Below are positions 37,976 through 50,760 of a stretch of 64,000 nt of DNA, piece by piece. Each line of letters starts with the position of its first letter. Within the stretch, counting starts at the first letter, position 1. Made by a program: the position numbers and the translations under genes. The stretch is from Torpedo marmorata (lineage: Eukaryota): contig OZ360236.1 of assembly GCA_977017645.1 (NCBI GenBank), positions 18,600,001 to 18,664,000 on the forward strand, read 5' to 3'. The notes beneath the pieces were generated by a model. The model ran no database searches and was not told the origin of the DNA. It was given only the letters and a program-made list of their open reading frames with translations.

Positions 37976-38751
37976 CATCACTGACAAATACAACATGAAA
38001 CTAACTACCTGTCTGGTTTGTTAAATGCACTTGTTTCTCCAACCACTACTAACTCGTGATTAAACTGAGATATTTATGGTGGTCTGTAATTATAAATATA
38101 AATTTAAATGACTGTGAACTGATGTCAATCGAGAATATGCTTTGTTTATCAGATTGATATTAAATTGCCATCCTTCTAATTCTGCAAATTAGAGACAGCT
38201 CATCACTTTAGTTTTGTGAAGGTGATCCTCTGATATTCTTAGGTTTGGCTCAGGACTGGAGTGATGCTGTCAGTATCTGTAGAACATAAATCCAGAGGAC
38301 AGATTCCACTTCAAAGAAAGTTGAGTGCCTAAGTAGGTGCTTCGCATTCCTGGGAATAATTTTCGTTTTCCCAAATGCAAAATAGATCATCTGCTTGTTG
38401 CAGAAGCTGCCTGATTTATGTTCCCGTTGATTTTTATTCTGCAGTCAGGAAATAAGTTTAAGTAATTCAGCAGAAGGCAAAAGTGAATTTCTTCAGCTAC
38501 TGCTGTGGGAGATGAGCGTCTTTCGTTTTCTCGTGCCTTCAATAAACTAGAGTGTGGGGTGCTGATCACAGCCTCCCTCTCCGAGTAAATAAGGCTAACT
38601 ACAATCAGCATATCATTTTCCTTTTGAATAAGTCATGTGTAAGGGTTTTGTTGATTTTAGTAGAACCTCTTAGGATCCTCCTTAAACTTGTCTGTCAGAG
38701 CATTCACATGCCCCCTCCTTATTTCCCTCTTAAATGAACTCTGACATCCCC

Positions 38752-39196
38752 TAATACATAAAAGTGCTGGAGAAACTCAGCAGGTCACACAGCATCCATA
38801 GGAAGTAAAAGGTAAACAATGTTTCAGGCCTGAAATTCTCCTTTCCTCCAGATCTCCACCCCCTTCCCTTCCCTCTCCATTCAGAGAGTTACCCTCTCTC
38901 CTGTCACTTCTCAGCTTTTTTCTCTTCTACCCTCCCACCTGTATCCAGCTATGTCCTCTTACCTGTTAGCCTGTGTGCCTCCCCCTGCCCCTTCCTCCCT
39001 TCTCTCCTCTCCTCTCGTCTCTCACCCCACCTTTTTATTCAGGTGCCTGCCTATTTTTTGCTCATACCTTGACAAAGGGCTCAGGCCCGAAACATTGGTT
39101 ACCATTTCCTTCCTATAGATGTTTCGTGACCTGCTAAGTTTCTCCAGCACTTTTGTGTATTTCACTCAACCCCAGCATCTGCAGACTTTACTGTTT
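38752..39196 (+). mobile_element. Penelope 3' UTR and terminal repeat with a 5' inverted terminal copy
   Basis: gtgctggagaaactcagcaggtcac mirrored at about 39127-39150; pyrimidine-rich UTR; ttgacaaagggctcaggcccgaaac. Confidence 0.85.
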
Positions 39197-39234
39197 AACT
39201 CTTGCATTCTCTCTATTGCTCTAAGGATTTGCTT

Positions 39235-39860
39235 GATTAATTATCAATGATTTGGATGAAACCGTAGGTGGTCTGATCAGTAAGTTTGCAGATAACACAA
39301 AGATTGGTGGAGTTATGGAGAGTGAGGATAGTTGTCAAAGGAGGCACAGGATAGAAATCAGTTGAAAATGTGGGAGGTGAAATTTCAGATAGAGTTTAAT
39401 CTGGAGAAGCATGAGGTCATATGCAAAAGAAAAGTATGCAGTGAATGGCAGGTCCCTTCAGAGCATTGATATTTAGAGGAATCTTGGGATGCAATTGACA
39501 GCCTTTTCAATTTGGAGGCAATTCGAGGTATTCGATAAACAAGAACATAATAAAACAGGAGCAGGAACACGCCACACAGCCTCTCTAGCCCATCCTGCCA
39601 TTCAATACAATCAGGCTGATCTTGCCCAGGTCTTGTCTCCACTTCCGTGTCAGTTCCTGTACCGCTAAACTCCCTGATCATTTCAAATATTATCTATTTC
39701 CTCTTTAATTATCAATGATCTTGCCTCTACAGCCCTTCGGGTTGGAGAATTCCAGAGATTCGCCAATCTCTGCAAAAAGAAGTTGCTTCATACTTCAGTT
39801 TTAAATGGTTGCCCCAAATCTTGCAACTATGTCCCCTCATTCAACACTCTCCCACTAGTG
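39235..39860. mobile_element. Decayed CR1 fragments (+ RT piece about 39235-39530; - 3' end about 39540-39860)
   Basis: INDLDETVGGLISKFADNTKIGG remnant; aagaacata tail on the opposite strand. Confidence 0.75.
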
Positions 39861-39927
39861 CAGTGGTTCTCAATCTTTTTTTTTCCCACTCACATACCAC
39901 CTTAAGTAATCCCATACTAACCACAGA
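39861..39927. mobile_element. Left half of the palindromic hAT MITE family (see 22258)
   Basis: cagtggttctcaa...ccactcacataccaccttaagtaatc. Confidence 0.85.
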
Positions 39928-41075
39928 TGCTTCAGAACGTTCTTCAGCACAACTAAATGAAATGCTCCTACAAACTCTCTGAGACTTTACTATTTATTAA
40001 ACAATATGTATTTATTTTTATATATGTATGTATGTACTGCATATATATTGTTTGTCTCTATGTGTGTTAGGTCTGAATGTGTGTTTGCATGTTTTTGCAC
40101 TGAGGACTGGAGAACGCTGTTTCGTCGGGTTGTACTTGTACAATCAGATGATAAATAAACGAACGAACTTGATAGGCAAATCATCTCATCCCAGGAATGA
40201 GCCCAGTACATCTCTTTTGGACTGCCTTTAATTCTAGTAATGTCCATATCTCATGAACAAACAAAAAGACCTTCAAATACAGAAGACTGAAAAGTGAGCA
40301 CCCAGTTTTTTCCCCCAAGAGACTGCACTTGTTATTATGGGCACATTTTGAGACTGGGAGAAATACATCTGTTTTCGTGTCTCTCCTGAACTCTGACTGT
40401 TGTTCTTGATTAAAAAAATATATAAGCATTCCTGTTGCAACACCTTCTGCTTTCTCATTGCCAATACTTTGCTCTTGTTTCATAGCTTTTGCAGCAGACT
40501 TTGAAATTAGTCTGTGCCTCTAGAAAATCACTATCTGCAAGCAAAATTCTAAGTAAAAGAGATTGCCAGATTTACACTGAAAAGGCTGCCTTTCAATTAC
40601 ATTAAATCCCTTTTATGTAAGCATTAACTACATTCACAAAAGCACAGACAAGTACTTAACAGAGGAGGCTTGAATACTGCTTGGGAGGCAATTAAGCGTC
40701 CACATTTGATTTTCCCAACCTTCCCTCTGCCTTTTCTCCCAGGTAATCAGGTATGGTTGCTCTGGCCCATTGTCTCTTCACGCCAGCTCAAGGACATATT
40801 TTTCAGTTCACTGCACCAAGGCTATACAGATGTGTCATTACCAAATCGAGCTCTTTATTAGCTAAATTAAGGGACCATGTCAGCAAAAAACAATTTCAAA
40901 CTTTCAGCTGTCCATTTATGTGAATGTCATTATTACATTGTTTATTCATATTTGGAGGACCAATTTGTACATATTTACCAGTACTAAATGTGCACATATT
41001 AAAATCATTCTGAAATGTAAGATGTTAATGATAAATTTATGACTTTCAAACATAAATTACAGCTGTGCCTTTACA

Positions 41076-41537
41076 TTCGGTGTCAGTGCTGCGCAATTGC
41101 TCAGCAAAAGGAGGTGTAAGGTGCTCCTTCCGTCCGATACCTACAGGTCACCCTTGGGCAAGGTGTAGTACCTGTTTAGCCTCCCAATCAGGGTCATGTG
41201 AAGCCATGGATTGCAGATGGTGGATGGTTTTTACAAGCAGATTCTACAAATTGGAATTTATGGTTGTAAAACTGAAAACGGTGGGCAGGTGAATCTGTTG
41301 ATCAATGGTCAGGGTTACCCGTCCAGTACGGACACTGCAACTGAAGAAGGCAACGGGAAACCACTTCAGTATTTTTCCCTTGTATAATCATGAACTCAAC
41401 ATCGACTACGGTCTCAGCTCAAAGATGGAGCCTTCACTGAAGGCGAACAAGGGAGGCAACAACTACAACTCGGAGGGTCAGAGATCGTGACGGATGGAGA
41501 GACGTGATCGCCCACGCCGAACGGCAAGGCACCTGAA
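41076..41537 (+). mobile_element. Bipartite (internally deleted) RTE-clade non-autonomous element
   Basis: 12-bp TSD tgtgcctttaca; hairpin ctgaagaaggcaacgggaaaccacttcag resembling the BovB/RTE motif; 3' end encodes RDRDGWRDVIAHAERQGT*. Confidence 0.8.
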
Positions 41538-42915
41538 TGTGCCTTTACAATGTGAGAATATCTTTTTCTAAAATACTTACGTAATTATTTTAAACTTTTG
41601 CCCCCACACACTCCAATAGAGAAGGGTACTGCAAACTAAGGACTAATGGTATACCTTGTTTTCTCCTTTTAACTATAGAGCATTCCTTGTTTCATGTAAA
41701 TTAATCCTTTGTGTTCCCTTTTAATCATTTGATAAAAACGACTTAGAATCTTGAGTCACCTGTTTTTGGCAACTGGCCTCAAATATGGTCTGATCAAAAC
41801 TCAGTGCCTAAAATTCAAGAGTTTGTATTTACCTGACAGGAAAGAAATCTTTATAAGCTATCACCCAAATCATACATATTATGCAAAAATCAATAAGAGG
41901 AGAGTATTAACATTCTACTGTCACATAGATGGTGAATATTAGGCATACATTGTGGAGTAAATGCAAGGATAATCATATTACTGAGTGAGAAAATTCTTTA
42001 AAATATTATAGGCAGGAAGTGAGTTCAGATTACCTGCATCTTTTTGTATATACATGCCTGATGTTGTTTGAATACTAAAATATGGCCATAGAAACTCAGC
42101 TCTGTTATAATTATACCCATCTAGTCCATGGATAAGTGCATTTTATTGAGCTGAGTGGATTTAATACATACACCTGCGTAGAAGTATAAATAATCAAGTT
42201 CACCAACACAGCTGCACAAACTAAAACAGTGCATCGATGAAGGTGAATGCAGGTCACTGGGTAAATGTGCCACCTGGTGTGACACTGAGGCACTTTAAGA
42301 CGAAGGCTCCCAGAATAGATCGCAGGTGATGTAGTGGAGGTGCTGTGATTTGGCTCAGTTCCTAAGGGAGTGGGAAGGAATCAGCCAAGGCCGTTAACCC
42401 TGATAATAGTCCAAAGTAGAATTAGATTTAGTACTTTCAGCTTTGTCTTGGTGGCATGCAAAACAGAGTGCATCACATTGGTCTGCTTATTATTTATGTT
42501 GAAGCCTACTGAACTCAATATTGGTTGAGCATAAACTAGGATGCCAATAGTTGTTTAATAGCACCATCCAAAGGTAATTATACCAAGATACTCTTAGCTC
42601 ATGAGCTGAATAGATTTCAAACATTCTGTTTAGGCTTATAAGCTCAAAAAGGTTAAAGCATTGTTCTGGAGGATTTACATTACAACTGGATACATATCCC
42701 AGACGGAGAAGGTGTCGTAAAACCAAATGAGAAGAAAATTTAGTTTTCAAAAAATCTATCTTCTTGATGAGCTGAATGAGTGCCGTTGTAAAATGTTTGA
42801 TTGTTGTTGGCTTGAGATTACAACGGAATTTTTTTAGAGCAGCCACTAAATAGTTACCATCAGAGGTAATTTCAAAATCATTAATCGGCATTCTACAGTG
42901 CCCCTGGCTTTTTTA

Positions 42916-43023
<108 letters not shown>

Positions 43024-44908
43024 CTATCAAAAAGCAGAGATTTGGCCTTTAGTTTTAAGATCTACTTGCTTTAGAAAGTTGGATCAACATGAAGACCTAG
43101 TTACTTGTTAGCTTCAATTACAACTCTTTCAACAATAATTTATAAAAATAAATAAAGGTTTTAGATCAATCAATCAATTGATCCATGCATACATTGAATT
43201 TTCTTGACCATTGTTGAAACCATGTTGGGCAAATGGTGTAGAGTACATCACAATCTTAACAACAATGCTATGATAGGAACAGATGATCAGCTGAAAGATA
43301 TTGGTTGAAGGACAAATATTGGTTGAAGAACACTAGGCAGAACACAGCTATTGTGGATGTAGCAAGGGAATGTTAAGAATCCTTCTGACTGGTAATCCTG
43401 CTATCATTATATACAAAGTGAATTGATGACCACTTATGTTGGATCTTGGACTCTGATGGAGATACATGGGATGAGATAAACAGGAGAATTACCCTGCTCT
43501 TCGAATAGTACCATTGGTTCTTCTGACAGGGCAGGCAGGACCCACATTTAATGTCTTATTTCAAATACCCCATTGACTGTATAGCACTGCTGTATTGAAT
43601 TGCCAGTTTAGGATGAGAACCTTACACAAGGCCATAAACAAATACTGAATACTTAGGAAGGAACGAGTGAAGTACTGACATATGGTAATGCTTACCTAAT
43701 ACAATGGGTCACAGAGTTTTATATATATGAGTGGTGATTTTGAGCTCAATTTTATTCCAGTATTTCATAGAAGACAAAAAAGTTATCCCTGGAGATCTAG
43801 ATAAGAATTATTTTTCAATCAACATCTTGAAAACAGTATTGTCTTGTGGGAGTGTGTCATACACAAATTGGTGGACACATTTCCTGTCTTATAATCTAAA
43901 AGTGTTTCATCCACTGTAAAGTACTTTGGGTTATCCTGATGTGAAAACATCCCATACAAATACAAGGTTTTCTTTCCTTCCATGCTCACCCACTGGAATC
44001 TACGGTGGTACAGCCTTGATGTACTGTATGGTGATCTACTAGTAATCTTTTGCCCCAAGAAAACATCAGCCGTGTTCACGAGTTTAATCTGTGCAGTGTC
44101 AATGGAACAGGCTGTAGACAGGGAATATGTATCAGCAACCATATTCTTGAGCTATGTTATACCTAATCTTTTATTGTGCTTGTCTGAGGAAAAATATTTT
44201 TTTAATATAAGGAAAATATTTTAAAATTCTTTACAGTTAACATGGAAGAGTACAACACAGGAATATCTGCGTTGAACATGATGTCAAATTAAACAGTTTA
44301 ATTTAGTTATCGGCAAACAATTAATTAATTAATTACGTAATTAATACTAGTTGGTAGCTAATTCAGAGCACCACTTTTTAATGTGGTTGAATTTAGCAAT
44401 ATCACACCTTGGACGGACTGTCTGACCAGCACACCTCACCATGTTCTCTCATTGGCAGTAAGGAGATGTGAAAGCTGGGAGTGGCAGAGAAAAGCAGAGT
44501 AGAACTGTTGTCTCACGGCCCCATGACCTCGGTTCAAACCTGTTCTCCAGTTATGTCCACAGAGTTTGTATGTTCTCCCTATGCCCTTTGTAAGTTTCCT
44601 CCTCCTGTAAAATGTAGGTGAGTGGTCAAACATGAAGTGAATTGATGAGAATGTGATACAATGATGAGAATGGATTCATGTAGATGGGTCCTGCAGACTC
44701 AGTGGGACATGGGGGCTGTTGTATATCATATATGCTACATAAATGCAAAACTTTCTTTTTATCTAAATGGATAGTTAATAATGCTTCCCATCCACACCGA
44801 CAGCACTCTAATTCCCACAAGTGTTCCAAACTCATCTTTGTATATACAGATGATATATCTATGGGGCCACAAACAGAGAAACTATTCAAACTGTATTTAC
44901 AACTGATT

Positions 44909-45057
44909 GATATACCTTGATGAAGGGCTGAAGCCTGAAACGTTGGTTCATCTTTGCTATATAAAGGACACTGTTTGACCTGCTGAGTTTCTCCAGCATT
45001 GTGTTTTTACTTCAATCATGGTGTCTGCAGACTTTTGTGTTTTACTCCTCTCTTCCC
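44909..45057 (+). mobile_element. Solo Penelope terminal unit starting at the hammerhead-like motif
   Basis: 13-bp TSD tttacaactgatt; ataccttgatgaagggctgaagcctgaaacgttggtt. Confidence 0.9.
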
Positions 45058-45849
45058 TTTACAACTGATTTGTTCAGGTCTAGTTATTATTGGTGTGCCA
45101 ACATATTGCTATTGGGTGTAGGAAGTTGGATTGTCAGGTGAGCTCTGTCTCCTTGATTAGTATACTTTAAGAACACAAGAAAAGAAACAAAGGGTGGTCC
45201 AGTTGCCCTATGAGCATGCTTTTCTATTGCTAACCTTGTGTCTCCAAACCACTTGCCTCCCTGATTGCAGTTTCCCTGATCCAAATATTCATTGGCTCCA
45301 GATGAATTTTGAGCTGAACAGAAATATGTTTGAATTTCTCTATTGTTCATTTCATTATTTTCATTCTATTATGCAATAATTACCAATTAGAGAATTTCAC
45401 CTTGAAATTTGATTTTTTTTGCTTCAGTTTGACCTCAGCTCTCAAAAACTTGGCAATTGGTTTAAAAGATGTCAGCTCAGTACAGTTTATACTAGATTTT
45501 GAATGTTCCTGTGTGGTTAATGCCTCAGAGGTTGGTATCGGATTCTCGAAATGTAGTATGGAACCGACATTAAAATGTGACCCCTGTGAGACCTTTATTA
45601 CAGGAGAAACCCCTTCTTGTAGATACTATGTGATAGAAAACACATTTAGGATGTAAGTTAACTTCACCATCCAAAGGATTCTGATATAATAGAACCACAT
45701 TGCTTGGGGACAGGGATTGTAGATCATGTTTACCCTAATTTAGCGAAGCCCAAATTTAACTCATCATTACAAGTGAGCGAAGTATGGGCAATTTCAGTTT
45801 AAATTGAGTTTCATAACTATTCTTTTCATCTATAGAGTTAAAACGAACC

Positions 45850-46074
45850 CAGCTATTCTCAACAGGGGCCATACGGCCCCACTGGGGGCCGTAGCACATT
45901 TAAGGAGGAGCCATGGACTGAAATCATAAAATATTTTTAATGTTTTTATGTAGTCGGTAGGAGAGAAGTACGGAAGAAACCAATTAAACTTGACTGCTTC
46001 ACAGGGAAGGGGGCCCATAAACTTTGAGCAGAGTCCTAAGGGGGTCATGGGCAAAAAAAGGTTGAGAATGGACG
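45850..46074. mobile_element. hAT MITE (cagccattctcaac family)
   Basis: TIRs cagctattctcaac/gttgagaatggacg; imperfect TSD aacgaacc/aactaaac; body shared with the 24826, 30284 and 37439 copies. Confidence 0.88.
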
Positions 46075-46675
46075 AACTAAACGTTATTCCACATAAAACA
46101 ACATCCTGGCCTTTGAGCAAAAGTGGGGCAATGCAGATCAAAATTTCAGATATTTGTTGACTACTTTGGAACTGTCAACTGTAGCTCTATTGTAAGTGCT
46201 CTTGGCCTGAAGACTGGAGGTGATGGGCTTAAAGCTCTTTCTGCAGCTTTAAGTACCAAAATCTGAATGTGGTACTGAAGGCATGTGGCACTGTCAGAAG
46301 AGCTGTTTTTCAGGTGAGATGTTAACCTAAGGTTCTACCTGTCCAACAATGATCCCACTATGTTCCTTTGAAGGTAGCAGAGCTGTTATCCTCATTCTCC
46401 AATATAACATTTGTCACTCGATCAACATCAACAAATAGTCGATATTATTGTCTGTAGGAGCATAAATTGGCTGCTGTGCCTCCAACATTATAACATTATA
46501 AAAGGGTCTGCCTTACACCTCTGAGCTGGACAGACCTGAAGCTGTGAAAGTTCAACATAAATAAATGCCTTTCTATTTTATTTTATGTTACTCTTTAATG
46601 TACAGTTTGTCTGAAGGTTAAGCTATTTTTTTTAAATAGTGGGGGCAGGGGGTGGTCGAGGAGAGAGAAACAAAA

Positions 46676-48735
46676 GGCACAACTCTAGGCCAGTTAGCTT
46701 ATCGTCTGTAGTTGGGAAGATCCTTGAAACTATCATTAAAGAAGAGATAACAAGACACGAGGATAGAAATTGTACCATCAGGCAGACACAGCATGGATTC
46801 AGGAAGGCCAGGTCATGTTCAACTAACACTGGAATTCTTTGAGTATATAATGAATGCAGTGGATAGAGAGAGCTGGTAGATGTGGTAAACTTAGATTTCC
46901 AGAAGGCATTTAGTAAGGTGCTGCACAAAAGACTTCTGCATAAGATAAGGATGCACAGAGTTGGGAATAATTTAAACTTAAATCTTTTAAAATTAGACAT
47001 ACAGCATGGTAACAGGCCCTTTTGGCCCATGAGCCCATGCCGCCCAATTACACCGAATTGACCTACAACCCCTGTATGTTTTTGAAGGGTGGGAGGAAAC
47101 CAGAGCACCCAGAAGAAACCCACGCAGACTTGGGGAGAACATACAAACTCCTTACAGACAGCGCTGGATTCAAAACCTGGTCGCTGGCGCTGTAACAGTG
47201 TTGCGCTAACTGTGCCGCCCCTGTGCTGGTGAACTCACATTTACTGACATTGTACTCCATCTGCCAGATCTTTGCCCACACTCTTAACTTATCTATATCT
47301 CTCTGCATTCTCTCTGTCTTTGCTTTGGTACTCAATTTGGTATCATCAGTAAACTTAGATACATGACTCCTACAAATAATTTATATATATGATGTTCAGT
47401 TGTGGGCCCAGCACCAATCCCCATGTACTGGCAAGGATAGAGGATTGGTTAACTAAAAGGCTAAAGGGATAAAGGGGTGTTTCTCTGATTGGCAATCGGT
47501 GGTTAGTGTGGTGTTGCAGGGCCCACAACTGTACACCATATACATATAAATCATTGGAGGAGTTGTATCTCAGTTTGCTGATGATACTGAACTAAATTGA
47601 GTAAAATTTTTATTTAAAAAAAAATTTAGACATACAGCACGGTAACAGGCCATTTTGGCCCACGAGGCCGTGCTGCCCAATTTACACCCCATTAACCTAC
47701 ACCCCCGGTACGTTTTGAAGGGTGGGAGGAAACCAGAGCCCCCGGGGAAAACCCACGGAGACACGGGGAGAACGTACAAACTCCTTACAGACAGCGTGGG
47801 ATTTGAACCCCGGTCCAGTCCCGATCGCTGGCGCTGTAAAGGTGTTGCGTTAACCGCTACACCAACCGTGCCGCCCGAGTAGAAAAGCAAAGAGAGTCTG
47901 CAGAGAGGTATAGATAAGTGAATGGGCAAAGATCTGACAGATGGAGTACAATGTCAGTAAATGTGAGTTCACCCACTTTGGAAAGAAAAATAACAGGTCG
48001 GACTATCATTTATATAGTGGAGATTTTCAGCATACTGTTGTGCAGAGAGACCTAGGAGTGCTTGTGCATGAATCGCAAAAAGTTAGTTTGAAGGTGCAGC
48101 AGGTAATCAAGAAGGTAAATGGAATGTTGGCCTTCATTGCGAGAGGGATTGTATTTAAGAGCTGGGAGGCTCTGCTGAAACTGAACAGGATACTTACTGG
48201 TGAGGTCACACCTGGAGTACTCCATGAAGTTCTGCTCTCCTAACTTCAGGAAGGATATACTGGGTTGGAGGTAGTGCAGAGGAGGTTCACCAGGTTGATT
48301 CTGGAAATGAATGGGTTATTTTATGAGGAGAGATTGAGCAGCCTGGGACGATACTCATTGACGTTTAGAAGGATGAGGGGTGGCCTCCTGGTGACATATA
48401 AAATTATGATTGGAATAGACAAGGTATAATCAGGGGGGTTGTTTCCACTGGCAGATGATTATGGGAATAAAACTAGTGGACAGAAATTTAGAGTTAGGGA
48501 TAAGAGAGGTGGAACTTTTTCACTCAGAGGCTGGTGAGTACTTGGAATGCACTGCTGAAGAGAGTGGTGGAAGCAGAGTCACTGACAGCATTTCAGAGGA
48601 TTGTGTGTATGAGCAGCTGAATTGCTTGGGTGCAGAAGGTTATGGGCTAAGTGCTGGAAAGTGGGATTAATACGGGCTCACTGGTCAGCATGAATGTGGT
48701 GGGCCAAATGGCCTGTTTCCATGCAATTTGATTCT
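46676..48735 (+). mobile_element. Decayed CR1 LINE (RT to 3' tail) with two nested minus-strand V-SINEs (about 46975-47220 and 47606-47876) and an inverted internal segment (about 47228-47422)
   Basis: RPVSLSSVVGKILE..QHGFRKARSC, DFQKAF, QFADDT, MEYNVSKC..RDLGVLVHES..MLAFIARG. Confidence 0.92.
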
Positions 48736-49087
48736 GCTTCTCTTCCTGAACCACAGAGTTTGATATGCCTGTTTGACTATATTTGAATGAAGAAAGATCT
48801 TAAAAATATTTCCCCTCTTCAACCCATAATGGTTTTCAAAATTTTTGTTCTAACAGCCTAATTTTCTATGTTCTAAAGAGAATAATCCCTGTCCCTAATC
48901 TTTACGCAAACTGACATCCCTAATCTATGGTATCATCTCCATTTCCCCCAAGGCACAACTATTGATTGTGCCCAGGACTGGACACAATTCTAAAACAGGA
49001 ATTCAACAAGTGATGCAGAATGGCTTGGCAGAACTCCCTGACTCCAAGTCTCTGTGCTGAGAATCTCATCTGCTTCTTGAACACCGA

Positions 49088-49240
49088 ACCATAGAAAATT
49101 ACAGCACAGAAAACAGGCCCTTCGGCCCTTCTAGTCTGTGCCAAACTATTATTCTGCCTAGTCCCACTGACCTGCACCCACTCCATATCCCTCCATACCC
49201 TTCCCGTCCATGTACCTGACAATTTTTTCTTAAATGTTAG
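49088..49240 (-). mobile_element. CR1 3' tail fragment
   Basis: catagaaaattacagcacagaaaacaggcccttcggccc...ccatatccctccataccc. Confidence 0.75.
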
Positions 49241-49547
49241 CACATCCTGATCAATTTGTCCAGCCATCTTCAAAAACTATTGAATATGAATCTCCGGGAC
49301 TCTTCCGTCTTGCACCAATTTTAACAGTCGTATGAATTATTTTACATTATTTTCATCCCCCTCCCCAATCCAATTTCTAATTGCTGTAATCACTTAACGA
49401 TTCCGTTATCATCATCCAACTCTCAGGATGGGAGAAGGGAGCCGCGTTCACTCTCAATGACCAATTGTATTTGCTTTTCATATTCAGAACTTTCAACAGC
49501 GCAACCAAAAATAAAACTGTGCGAAACTATCTCTGGTGTGATATATG

Positions 49548-49903
49548 ATGGAGACTGGCTCGAGATTGGCTGAATCCAGGTATTGGAACCAAGATGCGAG
49601 AGGGTGCCGAGGGTGCTGGAGGCTTCCTGATCGTGTCAGAGGTGTGCATCTGGAGCTCGGGTTGCTGATGGTTTGGACTGAAAGGCTGTGTGGCTGCGAA
49701 GGCTGTGGGAGTGTTGGAGGCGAAGCCATGAGCATTCAATGACTCTGGGAGGACTCTCTTTTGCTTCTCTTTCTCTGGCTGTAAGGGGCACTGGGCAAAT
49801 TTTGCTGAGAGCGCATCTTTGTTTGCCTTATGGTAGACTAAAGGTAATTTTCTGTAATATCACATTTTCTGTTTTATTACATGACAATAATCTTGAATCT
49901 TGA
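49548..49903 (+). mobile_element. GC-rich retroposon 3' part
   Basis: ggagactggctcga...ctggagctcggg...catgacaataatcttgaatcttg. Confidence 0.88.
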
Positions 49904-50451
49904 AAAAAAGAAATTTAAACTCTGATATATTGTCATGAAATAGTCATGAAGTAGGCAATTATTACATTCCTCTTAGCAAACAGTTCAGCCTTCCACATTC
50001 CATCAAATTTTGTTTTCCTGCACTGTGTGCCAACAATATCTGTGATTGGCAGACCTGAATGTATAGATTTATTAAACCTCTCAGCTGAACAAATATCTTC
50101 TTTGTAAAACAGAATCGTGTTTTGCTTGGAACGACTATTCAAAGCCAGGGATCATGGTATTCACCAGCCTAAGATTCTATCTTATCTCTTCCTTAGCATA
50201 ATCATTTTATTCAGTGAAGGGATTTTGTACATCTATTCCGAAATTGAGAAGCAGATGTTAGTCCAGCTTTAACTGTGTGAGGGGGCCGCGTCTTCTTGGT
50301 CTGACCTGATCCAAAATGGTAGACTTCCAGATGTAAAATATTCCGGCTCTTTTGCTGAAGAATTCAAGGGAAAGAAAGTTAATTCATGTCTCACTGTGAT
50401 ACAACCTGAAAGAGGTGATGTTCAGGCATTAAAATAATGGAAGGTCTAAAG

Positions 50452-50760
50452 CAGGGGTGGCCAACCTTTCAATTATTAATTTAGACATACAGCACGGTAA
50501 CAGGCCATTTCAGCCCACGAGTCCGTACTGAGGGTGTAGAAACATAGAAACATAGAAAATAGATGTAGGAGTAGGCCATTTGGCCCTTCAAGCCTACACT
50601 GCCATTCATTTTGATCATGGCTGATCATCCACTCAATACCCAGTACCAGCTCTCTCTCCATACCCCCTGATCCCCTAGGTTAATTGGGCGGCAAGGACTC
50701 GTGGGCCAAAATGGCCTGTTACCGTGCTGTATGTCTAAATTAAAAGGTTGGCCACCCCTG
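50452..50760. mobile_element. Composite hAT MITE with SINE-tail arms and a CR1-tail core
   Basis: TIRs caggggtggccaacct/aggttggccacccctg; perfect TSD gtctaaag. Confidence 0.93.
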
